Origin: a virus
Length of the DNA stretch: 64,000 bases
Strand: one strand, 5' to 3'
IMG/VR virus record: IMGVR_UViG_3300032249_000542
Span: 105,778 to 169,777 of that record
A program made the translations under genes and the position numbers. Each line of letters begins with the position of its first letter. Within the stretch, counting starts at the first letter, position 1. Below are positions 62,985 through 64,000 of the stretch, piece after piece. The notes under the pieces are model-generated. The model made no database searches, was not told the DNA's origin, and saw only the letters and a program-made list of their open reading frames with translations.

Positions 62985-64000
62985 ATGACAATTACAATTG
63001 GTCCTGGAATATCTATTGGCGCTGGAGTATATGTGAATAGTGGCGCAGGCGCACCCTCGCCTTCACCAGCACCTGCTGATTATGGTGGTAGTGGATCGTT
63101 TAATGTTACTGCGACCAATCAAATTTTTAGACTTCCAATCAATTCGGCATTTACTTATGGAACAGATGATTTTACTGTTGAATGGTGGTCAAGACAAAAT
63201 TCAGCGAGTGGTGTTCAAGGTATTTGGAGAAATAGCACTGGTGATGCAACCAACTCCATAGGATTTTGGACTATTACTCAACCGAGTGGTAGACTTACCA
63301 TAACTTTAGGTAATGGTGTTAGTAGCAATACGATTCTATCGAATGCCGTAATTTCAACAAACAGTTGGAAGCACTATGCAGTTGTTCGTAATGGTACACT
63401 TTTCAAACTGTATGTGGATGGTGTTGCACAAACTCAAACAATAACTTCTAGCATCAACATTCCAGCACAAGTGGGCATAATGCAAATTGGTAATGCTGGT
63501 GGACTGTATAGTGGTTTCATAACTAATTTTAGAATTGTCAAAGGCACCGCAGTTTATCTCAATGACTTTACACCACCAACAACACCATTGACCGTAATTG
63601 CAAATACTTCACTATTACTTTCTTTTGCTAATTCATCTTCATTTGCAACAGATAGTGGCCCAAATAATATTACAATAACCAACAATGGTGGTGTTACATA
63701 TAATGTCGCAACACCGTTCTCAAGTGGTGTGGTGACAACTGGTCTGCAATTTAATTTAGCAACTGCACCATCAACTGGTTCAACATGGACTGATTCGAGT
63801 GGTAATGGTCGTAATGCAACACTCCAAGGTTCTCCATCGTATGTGTCAAACAATGGTGGTGGTATAAGATTGAACAATGAGGATTTAAATGGTACGAATT
63901 ATATTAGTGTTCCTTACAATATTGCTTCAAATACTGTAACAGTTGAAGTGGTTGCTTCATTTAATCCAACATCATTTTGGGGAACTATTTGGAGTAATGA
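62985..64000 (+). CDS. LamG/concanavalin-like tail fibre or virion protein (3' partial)
   Basis: Open to the window end: FTYGTDDFTVEWW, WKHYAVVRNG, LYVDG, ITNFRIVKG, FTPPT; a second LamG begins WTDSSGNGRNATL; absent from the ORF track. Confidence 0.82.
   Translation, partial: MTITIGPGISIGAGVYVNSGAGAPSPSPAPADYGGSGSFNVTATNQIFRLPINSAFTYGTDDFTVEWWSRQNSASGVQGIWRNSTGDATNSIGFWTITQPSGRLTITLGNGVSSNTILSNAVISTNSWKHYAVVRNGTLFKLYVDGVAQTQTITSSINIPAQVGIMQIGNAGGLYSGFITNFRIVKGTAVYLNDFTPPTTPLTVIANTSLLLSFANSSSFATDSGPNNITITNNGGVTYNVATPFSSGVVTTGLQFNLATAPSTGSTWTDSSGNGRNATLQGSPSYVSNNGGGIRLNNEDLNGTNYISVPYNIASNTVTVEVVASFNPTSFWGTIWSN

Noticed and set aside
503-63877. Numerous minus-strand ORFs of 60-150 aa in the ORF track
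   Set aside because: All lie antisense to well-supported + strand genes and show no recognisable motifs; treated as shadows
1-64000. Stop-codon reassignment, introns/inteins in gp17, gp41 or gp43, tRNAs, diversity-generating retroelement
   Set aside because: Core genes are full length and uninterrupted in the standard code; intergenic gaps are short with no cloverleaf seen; no reverse transcriptase or template/variable repeat pair seen

Overview
64 kb of a large T4-like myovirus genome (AT-rich, essentially all genes on the + strand, standard genetic code; no tRNA, rRNA, CRISPR or IS seen). Order: a tail-fibre-like gene; the head/neck/tail module (gp13-gp23, gp3) with a Dps gene inserted between the terminase subunits; uvsY-uvsW-gp55-gp47-gp46; a ~9 kb insert before gp45 (peptide deformylase, C5-cytosine methyltransferase + TET/JBP dioxygenase + TET-associated glycosyltransferase, vWA/CobS-like AAA+ pair, wHTH gene, GT, DUF5664-like); the replisome (gp45-44-62, regA, hsp20, dCMP deaminase, gp43, uvsX, gp41); then a late accessory region with a glycan-synthesis cluster, many proteins carrying T4-like capsid-targeting leaders and prohead-protease sites, and a LamG fibre gene running off the end. 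sigma70-type early promoters, a ROSE-like leader and no photosynthesis genes in the window suggest a proteobacterial host (inference). Best leads: (1) a post-replicative cytosine hypermodification operon whose glycosyltransferase ends in the same LESFF clamp-binding tail as the DNA polymerase, with RGCY/AGCT depletion in sampled core genes that is absent from two nuclease-like genes; (2) a set of apparently capsid-packaged, injected enzymes (RNA-ligase fold, HAD phosphatase, HxGH nucleotidyltransferase-P-loop kinase, nuclease); (3) an H-type pseudoknot leader and a ROSE-like thermometer; (4) an ATC-initiated portal gene; (5) three RBS-bearing overprinted basic ORFs. All family calls come from motif recognition and synteny, not database searches; k-mer counts are hand counts on small samples.
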